Origin: an uncultured Hyphomicrobiales bacterium
GTDB lineage: Bacteria > Pseudomonadota > Alphaproteobacteria > Rhizobiales > Rhizobiaceae
Direction of reading: 5' to 3'
DNA: 64,000 bases
Assembly: GCA_943914405.1 (NCBI GenBank)
Contig: CALUBX010000001.1
Location: 4,298-68,297 of the forward strand
This document shows, piece after piece, positions 27,337 to 35,592 of the stretch (position 1 is its first letter; each line of letters starts with the position of its first letter). A model generated the notes under the pieces. That model had not been told where the DNA came from. It did not search any database and saw only the letters and a list, made by a program, of their open reading frames with translations. The position numbers and the translations under genes were made by a program.

Positions 27337-28099
27337 ATGCCTGAACAACATGACTGGCGGACCGACGCCGACTATGACTTTATCGATCGATTGACAACGT
27401 CCGAGCTTGCTTGGGAATTCCTTCGGCGAAACGAGGATTACCGGAAAGCCTACGAGAGCCTCGCTGCGCGCGGGCAGCTTGATAGCGATCAGGCTCGCGC
27501 CGTCGCCGAACAATGGGGGTTGTGCTTTCGCCGCCGATCCCCAGCACACAGCACTCGATCATCCTATCTTCTGGACCCCGAATGCCGACCCTGGGGCAAT
27601 TCTGCTCCACAGGATGTCCCTCGCTCCAGGCGATTCCGCCGCTGCTGAGGATTTCATCCGCGCGCACCCCTTTGACCGCATCGATGCTCTCCATCTGCGA
27701 ATCGACGTTGCCGGTGAACGCCTTGAAATCACCCGTATCGATGCCCCATCCGACGGTATCCTCGTCGCTGTTCTGATCCTCGATGCCGCCGCGTTGGATC
27801 GGCTTCATGCGCTGAGCCGGTTTTGCGCGATGCTGTTTCGCCGTCGTGTCCCCACAGACATACGGCTGACGTCGCAACGCCGGCGGCGTATCCGCCAGAT
27901 GCTGCGCGCATACGACGCTCGCCTGGACGGTGCGACTTACCGCGAAATCGCAATCGCCATCTATGGTGATGCGCGTATCGCCGCCGAACCATGGAAAACA
28001 TCCTCTCTGCGCGATGCCGTCATAGGGCTCGTCGAAGGTAGTTTCGCCATGACCAGCGGCGGCTATCTCCAATTGCTGCGTCACCGTCATCGATCCTAA
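27337..28099 (+). CDS. fseA: FseA-like activator (DUF6499 + DUF2285) made by +1 programmed frameshift
   Basis: The AWEFLRRN ORF (27337) reaches CAA.TGG.GGG.TTG.TGC.TTT.CGC at 27511-27531; the +1 frame encodes DUF2285 (DARLDGATYREIA...GGYLQLL). Confidence 0.8.
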
Positions 28100-28107
28100 C
28101 TGTTTCT

Positions 28108-28135
28108 GGCGAGTCGGGGGGTGGGGATTTTCGTC
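28108..28135 (+). promoter_or_regulatory. putative FseA-binding inverted repeat upstream of rdfS
   Basis: GGCGAG-N16-TTCGTC, close to the GGCGAA-N16-TTCGCC box recalled for the ICEMlSym rdfS promoter. Confidence 0.5.
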
Positions 28136-28238
28136 CCCCTTTGTTTCCCATCCCCCCAAAAGGTTTCCCTCCGCCACCGTGGTCGCCGTCCGCCGCTGAT
28201 CCGCAGCGGCCGCCCGTAACCCCACGGAGGCTCGCCCC

Positions 28239-28520
28239 ATGCGACCCGATCTCGCCGTTTTGCCGCCGCGCTACCTGCGCACCAAGGAAGCCGCCGAATT
28301 CCTCAGCCTGTCCGCCCGCACCCTTGAGAAGCATCGGACCTACGGCACAGGACCGGCCTATCGCAAACTTGGCGGTCGCGTCGTCTATGCCGTGGACGAT
28401 CTCGAAGCCTGGGCCGAGCGCGGCGCCGTCACCTCGACCTCCGATCCGCGCGGCCAGGTGCTGCCGGCGAAGCGCCAGACGCTCCCCGCCGTTCCGCAGC
28501 CCGGCCGCTATGCACGCTGA
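28239..28520 (+). CDS. rdfS: RdfS/AlpA-like HTH excisionase
   Basis: YLRTKEAAEFLSLSARTLEKHRTYGTGPAYRKLGGRVVY. Confidence 0.8.
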   Translation: MRPDLAVLPPRYLRTKEAAEFLSLSARTLEKHRTYGTGPAYRKLGGRVVYAVDDLEAWAERGAVTSTSDPRGQVLPAKRQTLPAVPQPGRYAR

Positions 28521-28538
28521 TCGCGGCCGGTTTTTCGA

Positions 28539-29714
28539 ATGGCGGCGCGGCATAGGTCCCTCTCGGAGCGCGGGCAGCTCGATCTGTTCCGGGCGCTCCC
28601 CGGCGACTTCGCGCCAAGAGACGCGCAGGATCTCATGGCCTATCCCTTCTTCTCCCTCTCCAAGACCCATCGCGTCGCGCCGATTGATTTCGTCGCCGGC
28701 AATGTGACGATCCGGGTCGAGGCCGTCCCCGATCACGGCATGGCGACCATCTGGGACGCTGACATCCTGATCTGGGCGGCAAGCCAGATCGTCGAAGCCC
28801 GCGACACCGGACTTCGCACCTCCAGGCTGATGGCCGCCACCCCTTACGAAATCCTCTCCTATGTCGGGCGCGGCACCAGCGCGCGCGACTATCAGCGCCT
28901 CAAGGCCGCGCTCGACCGGCTGCAGTCGACCACGGTCTCCACCTCGATCCGCCAGACGGCCGAGGGCCGCCGCCATCGCTTCTCGTGGATCAACGAGTGG
29001 CAGGAGCGCACCGACCGCAACGGCCGCCCCGAGGGCATCGAGATGATCGTGCCGGACTGGTTCTACCAGGCCGTCCTTGATGACGCGCTGGTGCTCACCA
29101 TCGACCGGGCCTATTTCGATCTGACCGGCGGCCTCGACCGTTGGCTCTACCGCATCGTGCGCAAGCACGGCGGCCGCCAGCGCGACGGTTGGCGTTTCGA
29201 CTTCCGCCATCTTCACCAGAAATCCGGCAGCCTGTCGCCGTTCAAGCGCTTTGCCTTCGAGCTGCGCGACATCATCCGGCGCCAACCTCTGCCCGGCTAC
29301 ACGCTCTTCCTCGAAGCAGAGATCGGTGGGCGGATGCTACTCGCTTTCGAGCCAGCCGCGCCCTGTGGAAAACCTGTGGACGGCCTCGTGCTATCGGGAA
29401 CCCGGACTATCGTGCTATCGGGAACCGGAGGCTCGTGCTATCAGGAACCCAAACAGGGTGTAACGCACAGAAATCAAACACGAAATCGCGCCCTTAACTT
29501 AGAGTCTAACCAAGAAACTAACCTTAAAGAGCGCGCGCGCGATGTGGAAAACCTCATCCGCGACGCCGCCAGAAGCCTCAGCACAGCCGCGAAGACGAGC
29601 ATTCCGGTCACGCCATCCGCGCGCCCAGCGGCTCCCGATCACGCTGACACGGCTGCATCCGTCGATCCCGAAACACCTGGACTTCCTCTCGATCCGCCGG
29701 GAGGAAGCCGATGA
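28539..29714 (+). CDS. repA: replication initiator protein A
   Basis: QDLMAYPFFSLSK, GMATIWDADILIW and LYRIVRKHGG. Confidence 0.9.
   Translation: MAARHRSLSERGQLDLFRALPGDFAPRDAQDLMAYPFFSLSKTHRVAPIDFVAGNVTIRVEAVPDHGMATIWDADILIWAASQIVEARDTGLRTSRLMAATPYEILSYVGRGTSARDYQRLKAALDRLQSTTVSTSIRQTAEGRRHRFSWINEWQERTDRNGRPEGIEMIVPDWFYQAVLDDALVLTIDRAYFDLTGGLDRWLYRIVRKHGGRQRDGWRFDFRHLHQKSGSLSPFKRFAFELRDIIRRQPLPGYTLFLEAEIGGRMLLAFEPAAPCGKPVDGLVLSGTRTIVLSGTGGSCYQEPKQGVTHRNQTRNRALNLESNQETNLKERARDVENLIRDAARSLSTAAKTSIPVTPSARPAAPDHADTAASVDPETPGLPLDPPGGSR
29386..29449 (+). repeat. three 17-bp direct repeats (iteron-like) inside repA
   Basis: TCGTGCTATCRGGAACC at 29386, 29410 and 29433. Confidence 0.85.
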
Positions 29715-30364
29715 TCGTCGCGTTCCTCAATCAGAAGGGCGGCGTCGGCAAGACCACGCTGGCGCTGAACCTCGCCGGAGAATGGGCAGCGCGCGGCAAG
29801 CGCGTCACCCTGATCGATGCCGATCCGCAGGGCTCGGCGCTCGACTGGTCACAGCAACGCAGTCGTGAGGGCCTTCCCCGCCTGTTCGGCGTCGTCGGCC
29901 TGGCGCGTGACACGCTGCATCGCGAGGCGCCCGAACTCGCCCGCGACGTCGATCATGTCGTGATCGACGGACCGCCGCGTGTCGCCGGGCTCATGCGCTC
30001 GGCGCTCCTCGCTGCCGACCTCGTGCTGATCCCGGTGCAGCCATCACCGCTCGACGGTTGGGCCTCTGCCGAGATGCTGGCGCTGCTCTCCGAGGCGCGC
30101 ATCTACCGGCCGGAGCTGGCCGCGCGCTTCGTGCTCAACCGCTGCGGCGCCCGCACCGTGCTGGCGCGTGAGACGGCCGAGACGCTAGCCGATCACGATC
30201 CGCCGGTGCTTATCAACACCATCGGCCAGCGCATCGCCTTTGCGGTTGCGGCGCAGTCCGGCCGCCTCGCGTCCGAGCTCGACGACGACACGCCCGCCGC
30301 GCGCGAGATCGCGACGCTGGCCGACGAAATCGGCCGGCTGTGCGTCGGGAGGATCGCGTCATGA
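29711..30364 (+). CDS. parA: ParA partition ATPase
   Basis: NQKGGVGKTT, DADPQGS and IDGPP. Confidence 0.93.
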   Translation: MIVAFLNQKGGVGKTTLALNLAGEWAARGKRVTLIDADPQGSALDWSQQRSREGLPRLFGVVGLARDTLHREAPELARDVDHVVIDGPPRVAGLMRSALLAADLVLIPVQPSPLDGWASAEMLALLSEARIYRPELAARFVLNRCGARTVLARETAETLADHDPPVLINTIGQRIAFAVAAQSGRLASELDDDTPAAREIATLADEIGRLCVGRIAS

Positions 30365-31104
30365 CGATCCTCACCGTCGACTGCCGCGACCTCATGCCGG
30401 CGCGCGGCCCGTTCGACATGATCCTCGCCGATCCGCCTTACGGCGACACCTCGCTCGCCTGGGATCGCCGCGTCGCCGGCTGGATCGCGTTTGCTCGCGC
30501 GGCGCTCACGCCCGCCGGTTCGCTCTGGGCGTTCGGCTCGCTGCGCCACTTCATGGCGACCGCCGACCAGTTCGCCAATGCCGGTCTGCAGCTCGCGCAG
30601 GAGGTGGTCTGGGAGAAGCAGAACGGATCGTCGTTCCATGCCGACCGCTTCAAGCGCGTGCATGAGCTAGCCGTTCAGTTCTACCCAGCCGAGACGGCGT
30701 GGCGTGACATCTACAACGACGTCCAAACCACGCCCGATGCGATGGCGCGCACCGTGCGGCGCAAGCAGCGCCCGCCGCACACCGGCCATATCGATGCCGG
30801 CCACTATGTCAACCAGGACGGCGGGCCGCGCCTCATGCGCTCGGTCATCTACCTGCGCAATTGCCATGGCCGCGCCATCCATCCGACCGAGAAGCCGTCG
30901 GCGCTGCTGGAAATCCTGATCCGCACGAGCTGCCCGGAGGGCGGGCTTGTCAGCGACTGGTTCGCCGGATCGGGCGCGGCCGGGGAAGCCTGCCGGCTTG
31001 CCGGCCGGCGCTATCTCGGCTGCGAGATCGACGACGACATGGCGGAGAAGGCCCGCGCCCGGATCGCATCGGAGCTGCCGTTCGACGGGAGTGCCGCATC
31101 ATGA
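30361..31104 (+). CDS. orphan beta-class N6-A/N4-C DNA methyltransferase
   Basis: DPPY near the N-terminus; HPTEKP and DWFAGSG near the C-terminus. Confidence 0.88.
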   Translation: MTILTVDCRDLMPARGPFDMILADPPYGDTSLAWDRRVAGWIAFARAALTPAGSLWAFGSLRHFMATADQFANAGLQLAQEVVWEKQNGSSFHADRFKRVHELAVQFYPAETAWRDIYNDVQTTPDAMARTVRRKQRPPHTGHIDAGHYVNQDGGPRLMRSVIYLRNCHGRAIHPTEKPSALLEILIRTSCPEGGLVSDWFAGSGAAGEACRLAGRRYLGCEIDDDMAEKARARIASELPFDGSAAS

Positions 31105-31352
31105 GCGAGCGCCCGCTCCGCAAAGGCTTCGCTTCCCGGCCTGCCGATCCCGAACAGTGGGTCAAGGCCGCGGATGCTCCCTCGCGCAACGGTGACGCCG
31201 CCGGTTTCACTGCGCGGCTAACCATCGACGTGACGCCCGACCTGCGCGGCAGGATCAAGATCACTGCCTTCCGGCGCGGCATCACCGTCGCCGACATGCT
31301 GCGCGACCTGTTCGCGCGCGAATTCCCCCCAACTGAAGGAACCTCCTCATGA
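31101..31352 (+). CDS. ParG-like ribbon-helix-helix partition protein
   Basis: MSERPLRKGFASRP...ARLTIDVTPDLRGRIKITAF; ATGA overlaps. Confidence 0.8.
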   Translation: MSERPLRKGFASRPADPEQWVKAADAPSRNGDAAGFTARLTIDVTPDLRGRIKITAFRRGITVADMLRDLFAREFPPTEGTSS

Positions 31353-31870
31353 CCGGCAATGCGGCTCCCCGCTTGCGCGGCGGCCCATTGCCGTCCGCAG
31401 GCTCCAGCAACGACATGACCCATGTCGAGCTGACATGGATCGAGAAGAAGGTCGAATACTGGATCAGGTTCGGCCGGGAAGCCGGCGAACTGATCCTCGA
31501 TCGCCGTCGGCGCGTCATCTCTTTCCGCCCGAACAGCACCTTCGCCTTCGCCCGCTGGGCGGCCAACGACTTCGGCACCGTCATTTCCCGCATCGACATC
31601 GTGCGCGCCATCGAGCCCGGCGAACCCTACCAGACGCTACCCTTCGTGCGTCCCGGCGGCGAAATCCTGCTCAAGATCGAAGGCTGGCCCAAGGTCGAGG
31701 ACGTGCTGCGGCATGTCGATGCCATCGAACGCGCCGGCATCGACGCCTGCGACGTCGCCCCCGATCACTGGCGTCATGTCGCCCAGCAGATGCAGGTCGG
31801 CGAGGCACCGCGATCCTACACGCCGGAACGCCATCAGGCATGGCTCAAACGGCGAGAGATCGAAAGATGA
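31349..31870 (+). CDS. DUF2840 domain protein
   Basis: THVELTW, WIRFG and RWAANDFGT. Confidence 0.85.
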   Translation: MTGNAAPRLRGGPLPSAGSSNDMTHVELTWIEKKVEYWIRFGREAGELILDRRRRVISFRPNSTFAFARWAANDFGTVISRIDIVRAIEPGEPYQTLPFVRPGGEILLKIEGWPKVEDVLRHVDAIERAGIDACDVAPDHWRHVAQQMQVGEAPRSYTPERHQAWLKRREIER

Positions 31871-32412
31871 CCCGCTTCGGCTACGTCATGGTGACGTATT
31901 TCGCGGCGATGGGCGTCGCCGTCGCTGCGTTCATCCCGACATCCACCAAGCTGATCTGGAATGCCACCGCCAGCGCGCCGATCGGCTTCTACACCATCGC
32001 GCCGGCCGACCAGCTGGAGGTGCCCGAGCTTGTCGTCGTCATGCCGCCCGAACCGCTCGCCGACTTCATGGTCGAGCGCGGTTATGTCGGCCGCGGCGTG
32101 CCGTTGCTGAAGCGCGTCCTCGGATTGCCGGGACAGCGCGTGTGCCGCAGCCGTGACCTGATCACGGTCGACGGTATCGAGATGGGCGAAGCGCTTGACC
32201 GCGATCGCCTTGGCCGTCCGCTACCCGTCTGGCACGGCTGCCGCGTCGTCGCGGAGGACGAGCTTTTCCTGATGAACTGGGAAGTCCGCGACAGTCTCGA
32301 CGGCCGCTATTTCGGGCCGCTTCCGGCCTCCGCCGTGATCGGCCGGGCAATCCCTCTCTTCACCGACGAGGACGGCGAAGGCCGCTTCGTCTGGCGCGCG
32401 CCGGCGCGGTGA
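31867..32412 (+). CDS. traF: S26-family conjugal transfer peptidase TraF
   Basis: WNATASAPIGFY, LLKRV and SLDGRYFGP. Confidence 0.9.
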   Translation: MTRFGYVMVTYFAAMGVAVAAFIPTSTKLIWNATASAPIGFYTIAPADQLEVPELVVVMPPEPLADFMVERGYVGRGVPLLKRVLGLPGQRVCRSRDLITVDGIEMGEALDRDRLGRPLPVWHGCRVVAEDELFLMNWEVRDSLDGRYFGPLPASAVIGRAIPLFTDEDGEGRFVWRAPAR

Positions 32413-32453
32413 CGGCGCGAGCTTCGCAACCTTGCCGCACAACAAAGGAGACC

Positions 32454-32795
32454 ATGAGCATGGCCCAGATTGGACATTTCACCCGCACGCAATCGGGCTT
32501 CGAAGGGCGCTTCAGAGCGCTCGGCATCGACGAGGAAATCACCCTTATTCATGCCGAACCTTTGGATTCTGAGAATGCCCCGGCCTACCGCGTTCTGCTC
32601 GGCGACGAGGAAGGCCTCGATATCGGCGCCGGCTGGTCGCATGTCGGCGATCGCGCCGGCGAATTCGTCTCCGTCGAGATCTACAGCCCGCTGTTCGGCG
32701 GCACGCTTCGCGCAAACCTCTTCCGTGCCGGTGACGACGGTTCCGCCTGGGGCCTGCACACCAACCCGCCGTCGAAGAAGCGGAAGGAGGACTGA
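32454..32795 (+). CDS. DUF736 domain protein
   Basis: MAQIGHF, NAPAYRV and IGAGW; AAGGAG RBS. Confidence 0.8.
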   Translation: MSMAQIGHFTRTQSGFEGRFRALGIDEEITLIHAEPLDSENAPAYRVLLGDEEGLDIGAGWSHVGDRAGEFVSVEIYSPLFGGTLRANLFRAGDDGSAWGLHTNPPSKKRKED

Positions 32796-33566
32796 ATGGT
32801 GGCAATCGAGCATCGTGCCCGCGTCGGACGTCTTGCGGTCGTCCGACGCCGGATACTCCCCCTTCTTCTTTCCGGCCTGACCTTCGCTGCACCCGCCGCG
32901 TGTCCGGCTCTTGCACAATCGCTGCCGGCGACCCGCGTCGCGATCGCCGATCCGCATGCCGCGCACATCGCCGAGGCGTCGCAGCGCTTCGCTATCCCGC
33001 AGGCATGGATCGTCGCGGTGAAGCGCGCCGAAAGCCACGATGACGTGCGCGCCGTGTCGCCCGCCGGTGCGCTCGGCCTCATGCAGATCATGCCCGATAC
33101 CTGGGCCGAGCTGCGCGCCCGTTACCGGCTCGGCCGCGATCCGTTCGATCCCCGCGACAACATCATCGCCGGCACCGCCTATCTGCGCGAGATGCTCGAT
33201 CGCTACGGCACGGTTCCGGCCATGCTTGCGGCCTACAACGCCGGACCAGCACGCTACGACGAGCATCTTGCAACCGGCCGCGCTCTGCCGGCGGAAACAC
33301 GCGCTTACGTCGCCTTGCTCGCGCCCGCGCTTGATGCCGTCGCACCGTCGGACAGACCGCGCACCGCGCTCCAGCCACCGGCCGATTGGCGGGAGGCACC
33401 GCTCTTCGTGGCGCGGGCAGGCGACCGCCAGCCTTCCGATGATCGCGCCGCCGATCGTTCGCCGGGCAACCTTCATCCCTCCGTTCCGGCGCAGGACGAT
33501 AGCACCGCCGGATCACAGACGGTCCCCATTTTCCTCGCTCGTCGCGAGGGGGACGGTCCGAGATGA
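32796..33566 (+). CDS. lytic transglycosylase (SLT domain)
   Basis: AES, GALGLMQIMPDT and AAYNAGP. Confidence 0.88.
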   Translation: MVAIEHRARVGRLAVVRRRILPLLLSGLTFAAPAACPALAQSLPATRVAIADPHAAHIAEASQRFAIPQAWIVAVKRAESHDDVRAVSPAGALGLMQIMPDTWAELRARYRLGRDPFDPRDNIIAGTAYLREMLDRYGTVPAMLAAYNAGPARYDEHLATGRALPAETRAYVALLAPALDAVAPSDRPRTALQPPADWREAPLFVARAGDRQPSDDRAADRSPGNLHPSVPAQDDSTAGSQTVPIFLARREGDGPR

Positions 33567-33652
33567 CCCTCGACCGGCCCTTTCGTATGCTGTCGGGCTC
33601 TGGCGCATCCTGGAGGGTGCGGGGGGTGGTGGCAGGAACCGCAACCGAAGGA

Positions 33653-33665
33653 TGGCAGGATAAAA
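33653..33665 (-). other. putative oriT nic site
   Basis: The minus strand reads TTTTATCCTG^CCA, matching the MOB-P/T-DNA border YATCCTG^Y core; intergenic, just upstream of the relaxase. Confidence 0.7.
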
Positions 33666-33809
33666 GGGCGCACCTTGCGCGTCGGTCGGGTGGTTGTTTT
33701 TGCTGGGTTTTCCGGCCTGCTGCGCACATTGCCGGGCTTGCGCACAATGTTCGCCAAGGCACCAAAACTCTGTTTCTCATAGATTTTTTGCACATTGCGG
33801 GGCTGCGCC

Positions 33810-35564
33810 ATGGCCGATGAACGCGAGTTTCGCATCCGGCCGGGGCGCATCCGCTCGACCCGCGCGCAATCGGCGCGGCCTTTCATCGCTCAGGCGCTCG
33901 CCGCGGCGAAGAAGGCCGGCGGCGGCGTGTCGCGTTCCGGCCGTGTCGTTTCCGGCAACCGCTCGCGCTTCGGCCACGGCCAGCGCGCCAGCATCCAGGC
34001 CAATCGGCTGATTTCGTCGCGCTCGCGCGGCGCCGTCGTCAAGGCGCGCGTCGTGCGCCATTCGGTGCGCTCAGCACCGCTCGGAACCCATCTCAATTAT
34101 CTCCGCCGCGAAGGCGTGACCCGCGACGGGGAGAAGGCTCGCCTGTTCGGGCCGGGCACCGAGAATGCCGATGCAGGCGCATTTGCCGAGCGGTGCCAGG
34201 ATGACCGGCATCATTTCCGGTTCATCGTCTCGCCCGACGACGCCGTGGAGATGACCGATCTCAAATCCTTCACCCGCAATCTCGTCGGGCAGATGGAGAA
34301 GGATCTTGGCACCCGGCTCGACTGGGTGGCCGTCGATCACTGGAACACCGAGCATCCGCACGTCCACCTGATCGTGCGCGGTGTCCGCGACGACGGCCAG
34401 GATCTCGTCATCTCGCGTGACTATATCAAGGAAGGCATGCGCGACCGCGCGCGCGATCTCATCACCCAGGAGCTGGGACCGCGCACCGACCTCGATATCC
34501 GCCGCACCCTGGAGCGCCAGATTGAATCGGAGCGCTGGACCCAGCTCGACCGGCAGCTTGTCCGGGATGCACGAGAAACCGGTATCATCGATCTTGCGCC
34601 GCGATCCGATCGCCAGCCCGACGAGTTCCATGCCCTGAAGGTTGGACGGCTGCGCAGGCTGGAAGTCCTTGGGCTGGCCGGACAGGTCGGCCATTCGCAA
34701 TGGTTCATCAAGCCCGAGGCCGAGGCGGTGCTGCGCGAACTCGGCGAGCGCGGCGACATCATCAAGCGCATGCACAAGGCGCTGACGGAGCGCGGTATCG
34801 AGCGCGGCTCGGCCAACTATGTACTGGCGGGCGAAAGCCTTGATGAGCCGATCATCGGCCGGCTGGTCGATCGCGGTCTCGACGACGAGCTGAAGGGCTC
34901 GGCCTATGCCGTCGTCGATGGCGTCGACGCTCGTACCCATCACATCAAGTTGCCCGATCTTGATGCGGCGGGCGACAGCGCTCCCGGTTCGATCGTCGAG
35001 CTACGCAAATTCGATGACGCCCGCGGTGAACGCCGCGTCGCGCTCGCCGTCCGCTCCGATCTCGACATTGAGCGGCAGGTTACGGCGTCGGGCGCCACCT
35101 GGCTCGATCGGCAGGCCGTCGCGAGGGAATCGCTGTCGCTTTCCGACGGCGGTTTCGGCGCCGAGGTGCAGCAGGCCATGGAACGGCGCGCTGACCATCT
35201 TGTCGAACAGGGACTGGCCGTGCGCCAGGGCCGCAGCGTGGTGTTCGCCCGAAGGTTGGTCGACACGCTGCGCCGCCGCGAACTGGACGCGCTTGGCGAG
35301 AAACTCGCCACCGAGACGGGCCAGCCGTTTAACCGGGCCGGCAGCGGCGAATATGTCGCCGGCACTTATCGTCAGCGCTTCGCGCTCGCCTCCGGCCGCT
35401 TTGCCATGATCGAGGTCATCAGTGGGGATGGGGGCCTCGGCTTCCAGCTCGTGCCTTGGTCGCCATCCCTCGAAAAGCAGCTCGGCAAACACGTCTCCGG
35501 TGTCGCCCGCGACGACGGCGGCATCGACTGGAGCTTTGGTCGCAAGCGGGGGCTCGGCCTCTAA
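33810..35564 (+). CDS. VirD2-like MOB-P relaxase with DUF3363
   Basis: HLNYLRREG, HHFRFIVSPDD and HWNTEHPHVH. Confidence 0.92.
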   Translation: MADEREFRIRPGRIRSTRAQSARPFIAQALAAAKKAGGGVSRSGRVVSGNRSRFGHGQRASIQANRLISSRSRGAVVKARVVRHSVRSAPLGTHLNYLRREGVTRDGEKARLFGPGTENADAGAFAERCQDDRHHFRFIVSPDDAVEMTDLKSFTRNLVGQMEKDLGTRLDWVAVDHWNTEHPHVHLIVRGVRDDGQDLVISRDYIKEGMRDRARDLITQELGPRTDLDIRRTLERQIESERWTQLDRQLVRDARETGIIDLAPRSDRQPDEFHALKVGRLRRLEVLGLAGQVGHSQWFIKPEAEAVLRELGERGDIIKRMHKALTERGIERGSANYVLAGESLDEPIIGRLVDRGLDDELKGSAYAVVDGVDARTHHIKLPDLDAAGDSAPGSIVELRKFDDARGERRVALAVRSDLDIERQVTASGATWLDRQAVARESLSLSDGGFGAEVQQAMERRADHLVEQGLAVRQGRSVVFARRLVDTLRRRELDALGEKLATETGQPFNRAGSGEYVAGTYRQRFALASGRFAMIEVISGDGGLGFQLVPWSPSLEKQLGKHVSGVARDDGGIDWSFGRKRGLGL

Positions 35565-35592
35565 TCCTCAACGTCATAGAAAGGACCATCGC

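Noticed and set aside
29386..29449. Possible mini-CRISPR array
   Set aside because: Repeats are 17 bp with 6-7 bp spacers, inside a CDS, with no cas genes; iterons fit better.
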